Positions 9,213 through 17,980 of a stretch of DNA of 64,000 nt are shown piece after piece. The number at the start of each line of letters is the position of its first letter. Within the stretch, counting starts at the first letter, position 1. Made by a program: the position numbers and the translations under genes. Source of the stretch: a virus (Duplodnaviria; Caudoviricetes); IMG/VR virus record IMGVR_UViG_2974513674_000001, positions 32,001 to 96,000 of that record. One strand, 5' to 3'. The notes under the pieces are model-generated. The model saw only the letters and a list, made by a program, of their open reading frames with translations, was not told the origin of the DNA and did no database searches.

Positions 9213-9938
9213 ATGAACCCTCAGAATCCCGGTAGCGAATGGTCCAACCTCGAATGTGATGCGCTTGCACTCCGGTTCATTCCGATCAAGCTGCTCGCGG
9301 AAGAGGCTGAGCTGAACGAGACCAAGTTCTGGGACTACCGGTTCATGCACCCTACCCAAGCCACCCAACTGTACGCCCAGTGCTATGCAGCCGCCCTCAA
9401 GCGTGCGGTCAGCCGGCGCACAGACCTGTGGATGGGTCTGAACATGAAGGGGCTCAAGAAGGCGTGTATCTTCGAGCTGGATGCTCGCTCGATCACCGGG
9501 TTCTGGAAGGGTCGTCAAATGGCAGACCGCATCGGGTGCCCTTACGACTTCTATTGTGAGCACGCGATGCTCTTCGCCGACAAAGCTCGCATGACTTTCC
9601 TCCCGAGCAGCTCGCAGATGTACACCAGAACCGTCCCAGAACGTCTTGAGGGGCTTCCAAGCCTGGTTGAGTATGTCGTAGAGCGGTGGGTCGCTCGCAT
9701 CGCTCACAGCACGTTCTACGCGACCCACGAAGCCTACCACTCCGACAACTACCAGGGTGGCCAGGAGCAGAACGCCTATCTGAACTTCCTCTTCACCAAG
9801 ATTCGTCGCTCGAACCTGCCGGAAGGTGTGTTGGCCACGATCATGGAGAAGAATCAGATCACCCGCGAGCAGGTCATGTTCGCGTTCCCCAAGTCCGGTG
9901 AATCTCTGCTTCGCCGGGCGGCAGTTCTGTCCCAGTAG
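9213..9938 (+). CDS. Hypothetical protein upstream of dnaB (possible initiator/loader)
   Basis: Good phage codon usage; function suggested by position only. Confidence 0.6.
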   Translation: MNPQNPGSEWSNLECDALALRFIPIKLLAEEAELNETKFWDYRFMHPTQATQLYAQCYAAALKRAVSRRTDLWMGLNMKGLKKACIFELDARSITGFWKGRQMADRIGCPYDFYCEHAMLFADKARMTFLPSSSQMYTRTVPERLEGLPSLVEYVVERWVARIAHSTFYATHEAYHSDNYQGGQEQNAYLNFLFTKIRRSNLPEGVLATIMEKNQITREQVMFAFPKSGESLLRRAAVLSQ

Positions 9939-9944
9939 TTTTTA

Positions 9945-9973
9945 CCCAGCCCACAGCGCGTATACTCGCGCTG
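9945..9973 (+). promoter_or_regulatory. Phage promoter, -10 TATACT in hairpin loop
   Basis: CCC-N13-TATACT(9961); CAGCGCG-TATACT-CGCGCTG. Confidence 0.7.
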
Positions 9974-10005
9974 CAACATTCAAACACTCACATAGAAGGT
10001 TAACC

Positions 10006-10275
10006 ATGAACGCTGTCGTCGATATTCATTCTCAGAAGAAGCCCCAGGATTTCAAGAACGGGCACCAGACAATTCTCAAGACCTTCATTCGCGACAAGAC
10101 CCTGATCGAACTCGAATTTGAAAACGGCACCACTCAGAAGGGCCGGGTCACTCAGTTCGACAACTACACCATCACCATCATGCGCATTGCCGGCGACATG
10201 CACCTGAAGGAATTCGGCCACCGCACCTACTTCAAGTCCTCCATCAAAGGGTTTGGAGCGGCCAACAATGTCTGA
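10006..10275 (+). CDS. Hfq/Sm-like RNA-binding protein
   Basis: Aligns by eye to the Hfq core: HQTILKTF / ENGTTQKGRVTQFDNYTI / YFKSSI versus LQDPFLNAL / VNGIKLQGQIESFDQFVI / VYKHAI. Confidence 0.75.
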   Translation: MNAVVDIHSQKKPQDFKNGHQTILKTFIRDKTLIELEFENGTTQKGRVTQFDNYTITIMRIAGDMHLKEFGHRTYFKSSIKGFGAANNV

Positions 10276-11737
10276 AGAAGCCATCAAGGATAGTCTCGCT
10301 GAGCAGATGGCTCGGCAGATGGGTATCGTCGAAGAAGAGGTAGACCTGGACCTGGACGACGAGCTTGAGAACGTCATGCAGGCCGCCAAGCGCATCACCC
10401 CGCTGCCGACCCTTGAAGAAGGGGCCAAAGCGTTCGAGTTCGAGGCTGACTTCCAGCAGAAGATCGCTGCGCTGATGCTGCGCGACGAGGCTTTCTACCG
10501 TCGCACTGACGGCCTGGTGAAAGCCGAATACTTCGAGAGCCGCAGCCTGTCAGCCCTCGTCCACATCTGCTCGACCTATCATGAGAAGTACCGCCGTCTG
10601 CCCGAGCGCAGTGAGTGGGCTGAGCTGATCAAGGACGCGAAGGCAGAGAAAGCGATCCGCGATGATGACGTCCCGGATATGGTCGCTGATCTGAAGAAAA
10701 TCCTGGTCGGCGCCCTGCCAGCCCGGGACTACGCCGTAGACAAGGTTGCTGAGTTCGCCAAGAAACAAGCCATCAGCGCGGCTTATATGATGACAATCCC
10801 GCTGGTAGAAAAGGGCGAACATGCGAAAGCTGAAAAGATCATGCAGAAGGCATTCGCTACAGGCGCGCAGGCTGTGGTTGAGGACAACGACTACTGGAAC
10901 AGTATCGAGTCCCGGACGCAGTATCGTCGCGACGTGGAAGCGGGTCTGATTCAGAAAGACGGCATCACCTCGGGTCTACCAAAACTCGACAAGATGCTCT
11001 ATCACAATGGCTGGGGCCGCAAAGAGCTGTCCGTAGTCATGGGTGGTGCCAAGAAGGGTAAGTCCACTGGCTTGCTTCACTGGGCACTGGCGGGCTCGCA
11101 GAAAGGCTTCAACGTCCTGTACGTGACCCTTGAGGTTGCGGCGAAGATCATCATGGAACGTATGGACGCGAACGTGTCCGGCGTTGATATGGCAGACCTC
11201 AACGCCAGGGGCAACGATGTCGAGAAGGGCGTGAAAGACCGCGCCGGACTCCGCAAGCCGGGTCACCTGAAGGTGGTCGAGTACCCGTCGGGCCAGATGA
11301 CCTGTTCCGATCTGCGCAAGGTGATCGAGTTCTACCGTGCCGAAGGCATCATCTTCGACATGATCGTGGTCGACTACGCCGACATCATGGCAGCCGAAAT
11401 CAAGTCGGGTAACGACATCAACGAGTCCAAGCAGGTCTGGTTGGGTCTGCGTGCAATCGCCCACGAAGAGAACGCCGCAGTTCTGACAGCGACCCAGACG
11501 AACCGGGCGGGCTTCACGGCCGACGTTGCGAAAGCAGAACACGCCGCAGAAGACTTCAACAAAATCCGTATCGCCGACTTGGTGTTGACCATCAACCGCA
11601 CGGACGAAGAGAAGGCCAAAGGAGAAGCCCGGATTTACTTCGCAGCCTCTCGTAACCAGGCCGGTGAGTTCACCCTGAAGATCAGCCAAGAGCTGAGCAA
11701 GATGCGCTTCATGACTGGCATCCTCGAAATCACCTGA
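10268..11737 (+). CDS. dnaB: DnaB-like replicative helicase (SF4)
   Basis: GITSG, Walker A GGAKKGKS, YVTLE, IVVDYAD, TATQTNR. Confidence 0.9.
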   Translation: MSEEAIKDSLAEQMARQMGIVEEEVDLDLDDELENVMQAAKRITPLPTLEEGAKAFEFEADFQQKIAALMLRDEAFYRRTDGLVKAEYFESRSLSALVHICSTYHEKYRRLPERSEWAELIKDAKAEKAIRDDDVPDMVADLKKILVGALPARDYAVDKVAEFAKKQAISAAYMMTIPLVEKGEHAKAEKIMQKAFATGAQAVVEDNDYWNSIESRTQYRRDVEAGLIQKDGITSGLPKLDKMLYHNGWGRKELSVVMGGAKKGKSTGLLHWALAGSQKGFNVLYVTLEVAAKIIMERMDANVSGVDMADLNARGNDVEKGVKDRAGLRKPGHLKVVEYPSGQMTCSDLRKVIEFYRAEGIIFDMIVVDYADIMAAEIKSGNDINESKQVWLGLRAIAHEENAAVLTATQTNRAGFTADVAKAEHAAEDFNKIRIADLVLTINRTDEEKAKGEARIYFAASRNQAGEFTLKISQELSKMRFMTGILEIT

Positions 11738-11743
11738 TCAAAG

Positions 11744-11789
11744 CCCGCAACACCCCAGACTCAAGCACGCATAATCGCTGCTTGAGTCT
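11744..11789 (+). promoter_or_regulatory. Phage promoter overlapping a terminator-like hairpin
   Basis: CCC-N7-CCC-N13-CATAAT(11770); stem AGACTCAAGCA/TGCTTGAGTCT followed by a T-rich tract. Confidence 0.65.
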
Positions 11790-11816
11790 TTTCGTTTTCA
11801 AACAGAGGAAATAAAG

Positions 11817-12116
11817 ATGGACGACGCTCCGAAGGTAGAACCAACCGTAGTGAACAACATCACCAACGTGGACAAGCGAGCCTTTGAGGTTGACTGGGAA
11901 CAGGTGACCTGGATCGCAGGCGTGCTGGGCGTATGTGGTGTAATCGTGGCAATCGCCCTGGCAATCGCCCAGTTCAACACCCACCGCAACGACAAGATGG
12001 CTGAAGCCATCAAGAATGGCTCTCACCCGATGGACGCTTACTGCGCATTCGATGGCAGCAGCGAGAACAAGGTGTGCCTGGTTCGTGCAGCGCTGACAGG
12101 GAAGGAAGTCAAGTGA
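11817..12116 (+). CDS. Single-pass membrane hypothetical protein
   Basis: TM segment, GAGG SD. Confidence 0.65.
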   Translation: MDDAPKVEPTVVNNITNVDKRAFEVDWEQVTWIAGVLGVCGVIVAIALAIAQFNTHRNDKMAEAIKNGSHPMDAYCAFDGSSENKVCLVRAALTGKEVK

Positions 12117-12403
12117 TCAAGCCATTCGCCAAGCTGTTCCAGTTCGACGACATCGGCCAGGTTCTGGTCAAGCTGGACGAGGCCGAAGACCCGGATACCT
12201 CCGGCCCTGAAATCGTAATCTCCTTCAAGCCCGAGAACCTGGGTGTCTGTGCGGTGAAGCTGTCGAAGTTCGGCCCAGATGGTGACGAAGCCTGGGACAA
12301 AGCTGATAAGGCGTTCGAGACCATCGACGAGGCGTTCGCGTACAAGACCGCCAAGAAGGTGATCGACGAGTTCAACGATATGTTCGCGGGAGACAAGGCA
12401 TGA
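12113..12403 (+). CDS. Hypothetical protein
   Basis: GTGA-coupled start, phage codon usage. Confidence 0.6.
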   Translation: MIKPFAKLFQFDDIGQVLVKLDEAEDPDTSGPEIVISFKPENLGVCAVKLSKFGPDGDEAWDKADKAFETIDEAFAYKTAKKVIDEFNDMFAGDKA

Positions 12404-12741
12404 AGCTGTCACTGGACAAGATGATCAACCGACTGACCGGCCGCCGCTGGCAGTATCAGGTCGAGTTCACCTACACTCTGCAACCCGGCGTTCCGAACAG
12501 CGGCACCGTTTCTCGGGGCATGACGCTTAGCGTCAACGACCGTAACATCCTTGCTGACCATCGCCACATCAAAAAGGCTCTGATCCCTGACTTCGTCAAA
12601 GAGCTGCCGCCGCACCTGCGTACCAACGGCGCCCTGATGATCAGCAAGATCAGCTATATCGGCTGGTTCCGCGACCGCGATGTCAGACCACCACAGACCG
12701 GTAAGCTGGGTCACCGCAAACCTTTCGGCGCGCTGGTATGA
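12400..12741 (+). CDS. Hypothetical protein
   Basis: ATGA-coupled. Confidence 0.6.
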   Translation: MKLSLDKMINRLTGRRWQYQVEFTYTLQPGVPNSGTVSRGMTLSVNDRNILADHRHIKKALIPDFVKELPPHLRTNGALMISKISYIGWFRDRDVRPPQTGKLGHRKPFGALV

Positions 12742-13154
12742 AGCAGTGCAAGACGCCGTGCGCCGAGTGCGCCTTTCGTCGAGACATCACACCCGGCGCT
12801 CTCGGTGGTAGTCCAGCAGAGGTGTATGTAGGGCAGACCAATGGTCCGTTCTACATCCCCTGTCACTCGCACTACAAGAGCGACACGCCCGATTGGAAGG
12901 ATCGAGCAATGCAGGCGCCCCAGTGCGCAGGCAGTCGAGTGTTCAGGGCTAACCTGGGTGACACCAGGCTGCCCGAGCAACTGAAAGGCATGAACCCGGA
13001 TCACGCGCTGATCTTCAGCTCGCACGCCGAGTTCGTTGCACACCACAGAGGCATCACGCTTGCAGAAGCTGAGGCCGAACTAGCCCGCCGCACGCCAGAT
13101 GAACTGACGTGGGCGGAAATGAACAAGATGGAAGTCAGGAGAAAAGCACTATGA
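12738..13154 (+). CDS. Cys/His metal-binding protein, paralogous to 62576..62947
   Basis: PCxxCxF...CH...CAG motif. Confidence 0.6.
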   Translation: MKQCKTPCAECAFRRDITPGALGGSPAEVYVGQTNGPFYIPCHSHYKSDTPDWKDRAMQAPQCAGSRVFRANLGDTRLPEQLKGMNPDHALIFSSHAEFVAHHRGITLAEAEAELARRTPDELTWAEMNKMEVRRKAL

Positions 13155-13354
13155 GCCAAAAAGTTTATCTGTTCACCGCAGACCTGGGTGACGGCAGCAG
13201 CACCGTTCGTTTCACCCGTGACTACGATCTTCTGGACAAGCTCTGCGAGGAAGACCCGGAGCAGTACGGGATGAACGAAGGCTACTCTCGCACCCTGACC
13301 TTCCCGGATGATGTCAACCTGTCCGAGTGCGGCTTCAACTTCTACGAAGATTAG
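13151..13354 (+). CDS. Small acidic hypothetical protein
   Basis: ATGA-coupled. Confidence 0.55.
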   Translation: MSQKVYLFTADLGDGSSTVRFTRDYDLLDKLCEEDPEQYGMNEGYSRTLTFPDDVNLSECGFNFYED

Positions 13355-13370
13355 TGATACCGCTCGTATT

Positions 13371-13402
13371 CCCATAACAGCCCGCTTCAGGGCTGTTATG
13401 CT
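13371..13402 (+). promoter_or_regulatory. Phage promoter within a hairpin
   Basis: CCC-N7-CCC-N13-TATGCT(13397); CATAACAGCCC/GGGCTGTTATG inverted repeat. Confidence 0.6.
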
Positions 13403-13432
13403 TTCAACTTCAACAACTTACAGAGGTGCAGC

Positions 13433-13642
13433 ATGAAGAAACTTTGGAGCGGTGACGATTCGACCCTGGAAGCGTGGCGTGAAATCGCCCGCCTGGCTTT
13501 CGGTGAGGACTCTGCCGCAGTCAAGTACATCGACCGCAAGATCGAGGTCGAAGGCCCACAAGCCGAAGTCCTCGATGACATGAGCGGGATGAACCTGCTG
13601 CTTGCGACCATCCACGACCACCCTGAACTGCTGGACAAGTAA
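13433..13642 (+). CDS. Hypothetical protein
   Basis: GAGGT SD; abuts the primase. Confidence 0.6.
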   Translation: MKKLWSGDDSTLEAWREIARLAFGEDSAAVKYIDRKIEVEGPQAEVLDDMSGMNLLLATIHDHPELLDK

Positions 13643-14749
13643 ATGGCCGGCGCAAAGGATGACTCCGAGATTGAAGACCTGCTGGACATGGTTGACATGG
13701 AGGACTTCCTGAGCGTCGAAAGCATTGATTACCGGGTCACTCGCGGGCGATCCGGTACTCAGCTCAACCTGAAGGAGTGCCCTCGCTGCGGGGGTCGCGA
13801 CTGGAAGGTCTACCTGAACGCCGATACAGGGCTGGGCAGTTGCTTTCATGGCTCATGCTCAGGAGAGCCTGGCTTCAACAAGTACAGCTTCATCCATCAC
13901 CTCAACGACAAGTCACACCGGGAAACCATCAACGCTCTCAAGCGTTACGCGAAGACCCTGGGCTGGTCGTCAACCCGCAAGCGCGCCCCGCGCCCCGCAG
14001 ACGAGAACCCCGATGAAATCAGCATCCCAGAAAGCTACCCTCTTCCCATTAACGGGAAGACCCTCAAGTATCTGTCGGCTCGCGGATTTGGTAGTGAGCT
14101 TGCCGAATACTTCGGCTGGCGATACAGCAAGCACGGGGTCTACAGCTACACTCTGGGTGGTGAAGAGAAGACCCAGGACTGGGCAAACCGAGTCGTCATT
14201 CCGGTTTATGGAATCGACGGCAATCTTGTAACCTTCCAGGGCCGCTCGACCGAAGCGAACCCGTTTCAGAAGTACCTGTTCCCACCTGGCCTCGCAGGCG
14301 CCGGTCGGTTCATCTACAACGCCCACAATGCACTCGGCAAGAAGGAGGTCGTGTTGGGCGAAGGTGCGTTCGACGTGGCTGCAATCAAGAAGGCGTTCGA
14401 CGAAGACATCACATTCCGGGACGTGGGTATCTGCGGGACTTTCGGTATGCACCTGTCGATGGCTGAGTCCGGCGCAGAGAACGATCAGCTCTCAGACCTC
14501 AAACGCATGAAGGCTGCCGGCCTGGAAGAAATCACGATGATGTGGGACGGATCGCCCAGCGCGATCATCAACGCATGTAAGACGGGCACGAAGCTGCGCA
14601 CATACGGCTTCAAGGTCAAGCTGGCCATCCTTCCAGTGGACTGCGACCCCAACGAAGTAGAGACGGAGGTTGTTCGCCAGGCGTTCGTCAAGGCGAAAGA
14701 ACTGTCGCCGCTCTATGCCGCGTCGATCATGTCAAAATTCACGCTATAG
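13643..14749 (+). CDS. DNA primase (zinc finger + TOPRIM)
   Basis: CPRC...CFHGSC, YLSARG, RVVIP, FQGR, KY, EGAFD, MWDG, DPNE. Confidence 0.85.
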   Translation: MAGAKDDSEIEDLLDMVDMEDFLSVESIDYRVTRGRSGTQLNLKECPRCGGRDWKVYLNADTGLGSCFHGSCSGEPGFNKYSFIHHLNDKSHRETINALKRYAKTLGWSSTRKRAPRPADENPDEISIPESYPLPINGKTLKYLSARGFGSELAEYFGWRYSKHGVYSYTLGGEEKTQDWANRVVIPVYGIDGNLVTFQGRSTEANPFQKYLFPPGLAGAGRFIYNAHNALGKKEVVLGEGAFDVAAIKKAFDEDITFRDVGICGTFGMHLSMAESGAENDQLSDLKRMKAAGLEEITMMWDGSPSAIINACKTGTKLRTYGFKVKLAILPVDCDPNEVETEVVRQAFVKAKELSPLYAASIMSKFTL

Positions 14750-14772
14750 AAAGACATCAGACAGGATCAGCT

Positions 14773-15546
14773 ATGCCACTTATTACCCCATACAGCCCAT
14801 CGGACCTGGGCCAGAAATGTGAAGTCATCAACGTGGCCTGGAAACTCGCAGGCGTTCGTACAGGGACTTCCGAGCAGGTCGCCAGGCATTCGACTGCCAA
14901 TACGCAGAACAATCTTTGGTCAACCTCGATGATCGAGTGCCGCCACCCGGAAGGTAAGCTGTGGCGTTCGATGTTCATCCCGATCACCGCATCAGGTGGG
15001 TCCGGGATGTCCATCACCTGGTGGGGTAAAGACGACCAGGTCAAGGGCCAGGCTCAGTGCAAGATTGTCAGCGAGACGGAATGGTACTCGGTGGTCAAGT
15101 CGAAGGCGGTCGCCAAAGGCTACGATGTCGAGACCTACATTGGCCGGTCAATCCCTCTGCAAGTTGGGCACAACTTCGTCAAGGAGCTGTCTGAGAACTC
15201 TTCTCTGCCGCAGCTACCTCAACTGGCATTCACCCCTGACCAAGCCTCGAACCTGTTCGCCCAGGGTCAGGGTGACAAGATCGGCGCGACCATCGGCAAG
15301 GCTCTATCCAACATCCTGCCAACCAACAACTTCTTCACCAACATCAACGGCAAAGGTCACAGCCTGGGAGCCCTGATGAGCGAAGGGCTGTCCAACGCGA
15401 TGACCACTTCCGAGAAGGATGTGATCGCCGGCCTGATGCGCGAGCTGACCGGTGACTTGAAGCCCATCGAAGGCATCAAGAAGGCCCCTGAGCCGCAGAT
15501 CGACCGCGAAGAGGTCTACGGTAGCGGTTGGGGCGCATTCGGCTGA
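14773..15546 (+). CDS. WGR-like domain protein with C-terminal tag (WGAFG)
   Basis: WWGK...GQ...KSK..KGY resembles the WGR domain. Confidence 0.55.
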   Translation: MPLITPYSPSDLGQKCEVINVAWKLAGVRTGTSEQVARHSTANTQNNLWSTSMIECRHPEGKLWRSMFIPITASGGSGMSITWWGKDDQVKGQAQCKIVSETEWYSVVKSKAVAKGYDVETYIGRSIPLQVGHNFVKELSENSSLPQLPQLAFTPDQASNLFAQGQGDKIGATIGKALSNILPTNNFFTNINGKGHSLGALMSEGLSNAMTTSEKDVIAGLMRELTGDLKPIEGIKKAPEPQIDREEVYGSGWGAFG

Positions 15547-15553
15547 CAGCAAG

Positions 15554-15594
15554 CCCGCACGCCCCCTCAAGCGCGCTTGTACAATGCAAGCGCG
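15554..15594 (+). promoter_or_regulatory. Phage promoter, -10 in hairpin loop
   Basis: CCC-N7-CCC-N13-TACAAT(15580); CGCGCTTG/CAAGCGCG. Confidence 0.7.
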
Positions 15595-15617
15595 ACAATC
15601 AAACGAGAGAACAACCC

Positions 15618-16313
15618 ATGTCCGAAGTCAAAGAAGACCCGGAGCTGATCGCTCTCATGCCCATCGAAGCGAGCATGAGTGGCCGGAACTCCGTGTACAA
15701 CTTCTGCGAGCGACGCGGTCAGTCCGTCAGCTACGCAGTGTGCCTGCACACCATCCGCCGCATCGAGAACAACGACCTGCCCGCAGAGATTGCGGTCGAG
15801 TGTCAGCGTGGCTACTGCCACAACAACTGCATCGCCAAGAAGCACAAGGCTGAAGAGGTCGCGGCCGGGCACGCTCTGTACTTCAGGCCGCGCCCTCGTC
15901 ACATCACCGACCCGGTTGCAGTCAGCACCGAGAACAAGAGCGCCGGCGCAGTCAGCAGCGGCAAATACGATATGTCCAACGCGAGCTACGCACGCGGATG
16001 GGCAATTGGTGGCGGCGCTGGTGAAGTTCGTGACAAGCCGAAAGCGAAAGCGCGCCCCGCTCCACCACCGCCGAAGAAGAAAGACGGCTTCGTTCAAGAA
16101 GGCATGTCCGACGTCGTGAACGTGCTCATGAAAGAGCACGAAGTGAAGAAGGCAGCGCCCGCCCCGAAACCAGCAGCACCCAAGCCAGCACCCGAAGCAC
16201 CCAAGCCGACGGCAGCAGCACCCGCAGCCGATCTGACATCCACCCGCCCGCTGCCAGGTGAGTCCACTGCGGACTTCATCAAGCGCCGGGCAGCACTGAA
16301 GGTAGCAAAATGA
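15618..16313 (+). CDS. Hypothetical protein, Cys-rich N-domain and Pro/Ala/Lys-rich tail
   Basis: ORF follows a promoter and is coupled to the ligase. Confidence 0.65.
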   Translation: MSEVKEDPELIALMPIEASMSGRNSVYNFCERRGQSVSYAVCLHTIRRIENNDLPAEIAVECQRGYCHNNCIAKKHKAEEVAAGHALYFRPRPRHITDPVAVSTENKSAGAVSSGKYDMSNASYARGWAIGGGAGEVRDKPKAKARPAPPPPKKKDGFVQEGMSDVVNVLMKEHEVKKAAPAPKPAAPKPAPEAPKPTAAAPAADLTSTRPLPGESTADFIKRRAALKVAK

Positions 16314-17701
16314 ACTCGCACAACATCATGCACGCGATCAACGAGATTGCCGGCGCGTCCGGTAAGAACGACAAGATCGAACTGCTCCAGCGTCACATGG
16401 TCAACCCGGAGTTCCTCGAAGTCCTGAACCTGGCCCTGAACCCGTTCATCACGTTCGGTCAGCGCCCTGGTCGTTACACCGGCTTCGCTGGCACGTTCAT
16501 GTGGGACGAGAACACCGTCGCCATGCTGATGTCGATGGCATCCCGTGACCTCACCGGCAACGCTGCGCAAGCTGCAATGCAAGCAGAGTTCAGCCGGCTT
16601 GAAGAGCAGTCGGCCGAGCTGTTGTGGCGCGTGATCAACAAAGACCTGAAAGCAGGCTTCGGTGAGAACAGCGTGAACAAGGTCAAGAAGGACTTCATCC
16701 CGTCCTTCTCCTACATGCGCTGCTCGCTGCCGAAAGACGCGAAGCTCGACACCTGGCCCTGGAACACCGGTGCAATCAGCCAGATCAAGGCCGACGGCAT
16801 GTTCTTCAACGCCGACATCGACGCCTCGTTCGTCAACTTCACCAGCCGCCAGGGTCAACCGTTCCCAGGTGAAGGCTTCGAGGCCCTGGCCCAGAACTTC
16901 AAGGACGCATTTGCGCACCTGCTGGTCGATGATCATCGCGAAGGCATCCAGACTCACGGTGAGCTGCTGGTCGAAGACGAACATGGCCAGGTGCTACCGC
17001 GTGAAGTCGGCAACGGCATGATCAACAAGCTGATCCAGGGTAGCGCGCTGCCACCCGGTCACAACCTCACGGCGCTGCTGTGGGACGTCGTGCCGAAAGA
17101 GAACACCGGCAAGAAGGGCAAGTACGAAGTTCCCTATCTGCAACGTCTGCGCTTGCTCAATAGCGCTGTGGGTATGCTGCAAGCGAAGCGGGAACATCGT
17201 CTGATCAGCGTCATCGAAACTCGCGTGGTTCGCAGCTACGAAGAAGCGATGGCCCACTACATGGATGCCCGCCGCCGCAAGCTCGAAGGCACCATCGTCA
17301 AGAAGCCCACCATGATCTGGAAGGACGGCACGTCCAAAGACCAGGTGAAGCTGAAGCAGGAAGTTCCTGTTGAGCTTGAGGTCTACGGCTTTGAAGAAGG
17401 CAAGCCAGGCGCGAAGACCTGTCTGACGTTTGGCGCTCTGAAGACCCGGACCAAGTGCGGTCTGCTGAAGGTTGACGTGGGCACCGGGTTCAGCGACGAG
17501 CTGCGCCGCGAAATCAACGAGGCTCGCGAAGAGTGGATCGGGGCCATCATCACTGTGAAGGGCAACGAAATCATGGTGAGCAAGGACGGCAAGAAAGAGC
17601 ACAGCATCTTCCTACCAGTCTACGTCGAGCGCCGCCTGGACAAGAACGAAGCCGACACCTATGAGCAGGTCGTCGCCCAATTCGAGGCAGCGGTGAAATG
17701 A
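16310..17701 (+). CDS. lig: ATP-dependent DNA ligase
   Basis: Motif I KADG, HGEL, WDVV, EGTIVK, KLK, VGTGFSD, FLPVY..RR.DK. Confidence 0.92.
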   Translation: MNSHNIMHAINEIAGASGKNDKIELLQRHMVNPEFLEVLNLALNPFITFGQRPGRYTGFAGTFMWDENTVAMLMSMASRDLTGNAAQAAMQAEFSRLEEQSAELLWRVINKDLKAGFGENSVNKVKKDFIPSFSYMRCSLPKDAKLDTWPWNTGAISQIKADGMFFNADIDASFVNFTSRQGQPFPGEGFEALAQNFKDAFAHLLVDDHREGIQTHGELLVEDEHGQVLPREVGNGMINKLIQGSALPPGHNLTALLWDVVPKENTGKKGKYEVPYLQRLRLLNSAVGMLQAKREHRLISVIETRVVRSYEEAMAHYMDARRRKLEGTIVKKPTMIWKDGTSKDQVKLKQEVPVELEVYGFEEGKPGAKTCLTFGALKTRTKCGLLKVDVGTGFSDELRREINEAREEWIGAIITVKGNEIMVSKDGKKEHSIFLPVYVERRLDKNEADTYEQVVAQFEAAVK

Positions 17702-17883
17702 GCCGATCTAACTTCATGATCGAAATCGCCAACAGCGAGCGCACCGAACCACGATTCATCACGGTGTTCGCCGAAGACGAAGACCACGCCCGCAGCATGG
17801 GTGAAGTCGCCGCCGACTCGATGCGCGAGGACTTCCACAACGGCCGGGAGTTCTATGTGGAGCTGGTGACAGCGCTCGAATAA
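17698..17883 (+). CDS. Small hypothetical protein
   Basis: ATGA-coupled. Confidence 0.55.
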   Translation: MSRSNFMIEIANSERTEPRFITVFAEDEDHARSMGEVAADSMREDFHNGREFYVELVTALE

Positions 17884-17890
17884 CTACCTC

Positions 17891-17929
17891 ACTGGGAGCC
17901 GCGTGCTCCCAGTTCTATTCGCGCATAAT
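17891..17929 (+). promoter_or_regulatory. Hairpin plus phage promoter
   Basis: ACTGGGAGC/GCTCCCAGT stem; GCC-N7-CCC-N13-CATAAT(17924). Confidence 0.6.
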
Positions 17930-17980
17930 TCAACTCGTATTCAGACGCAATTAAACGCTAATTCAAACAGGTCGAAATCA

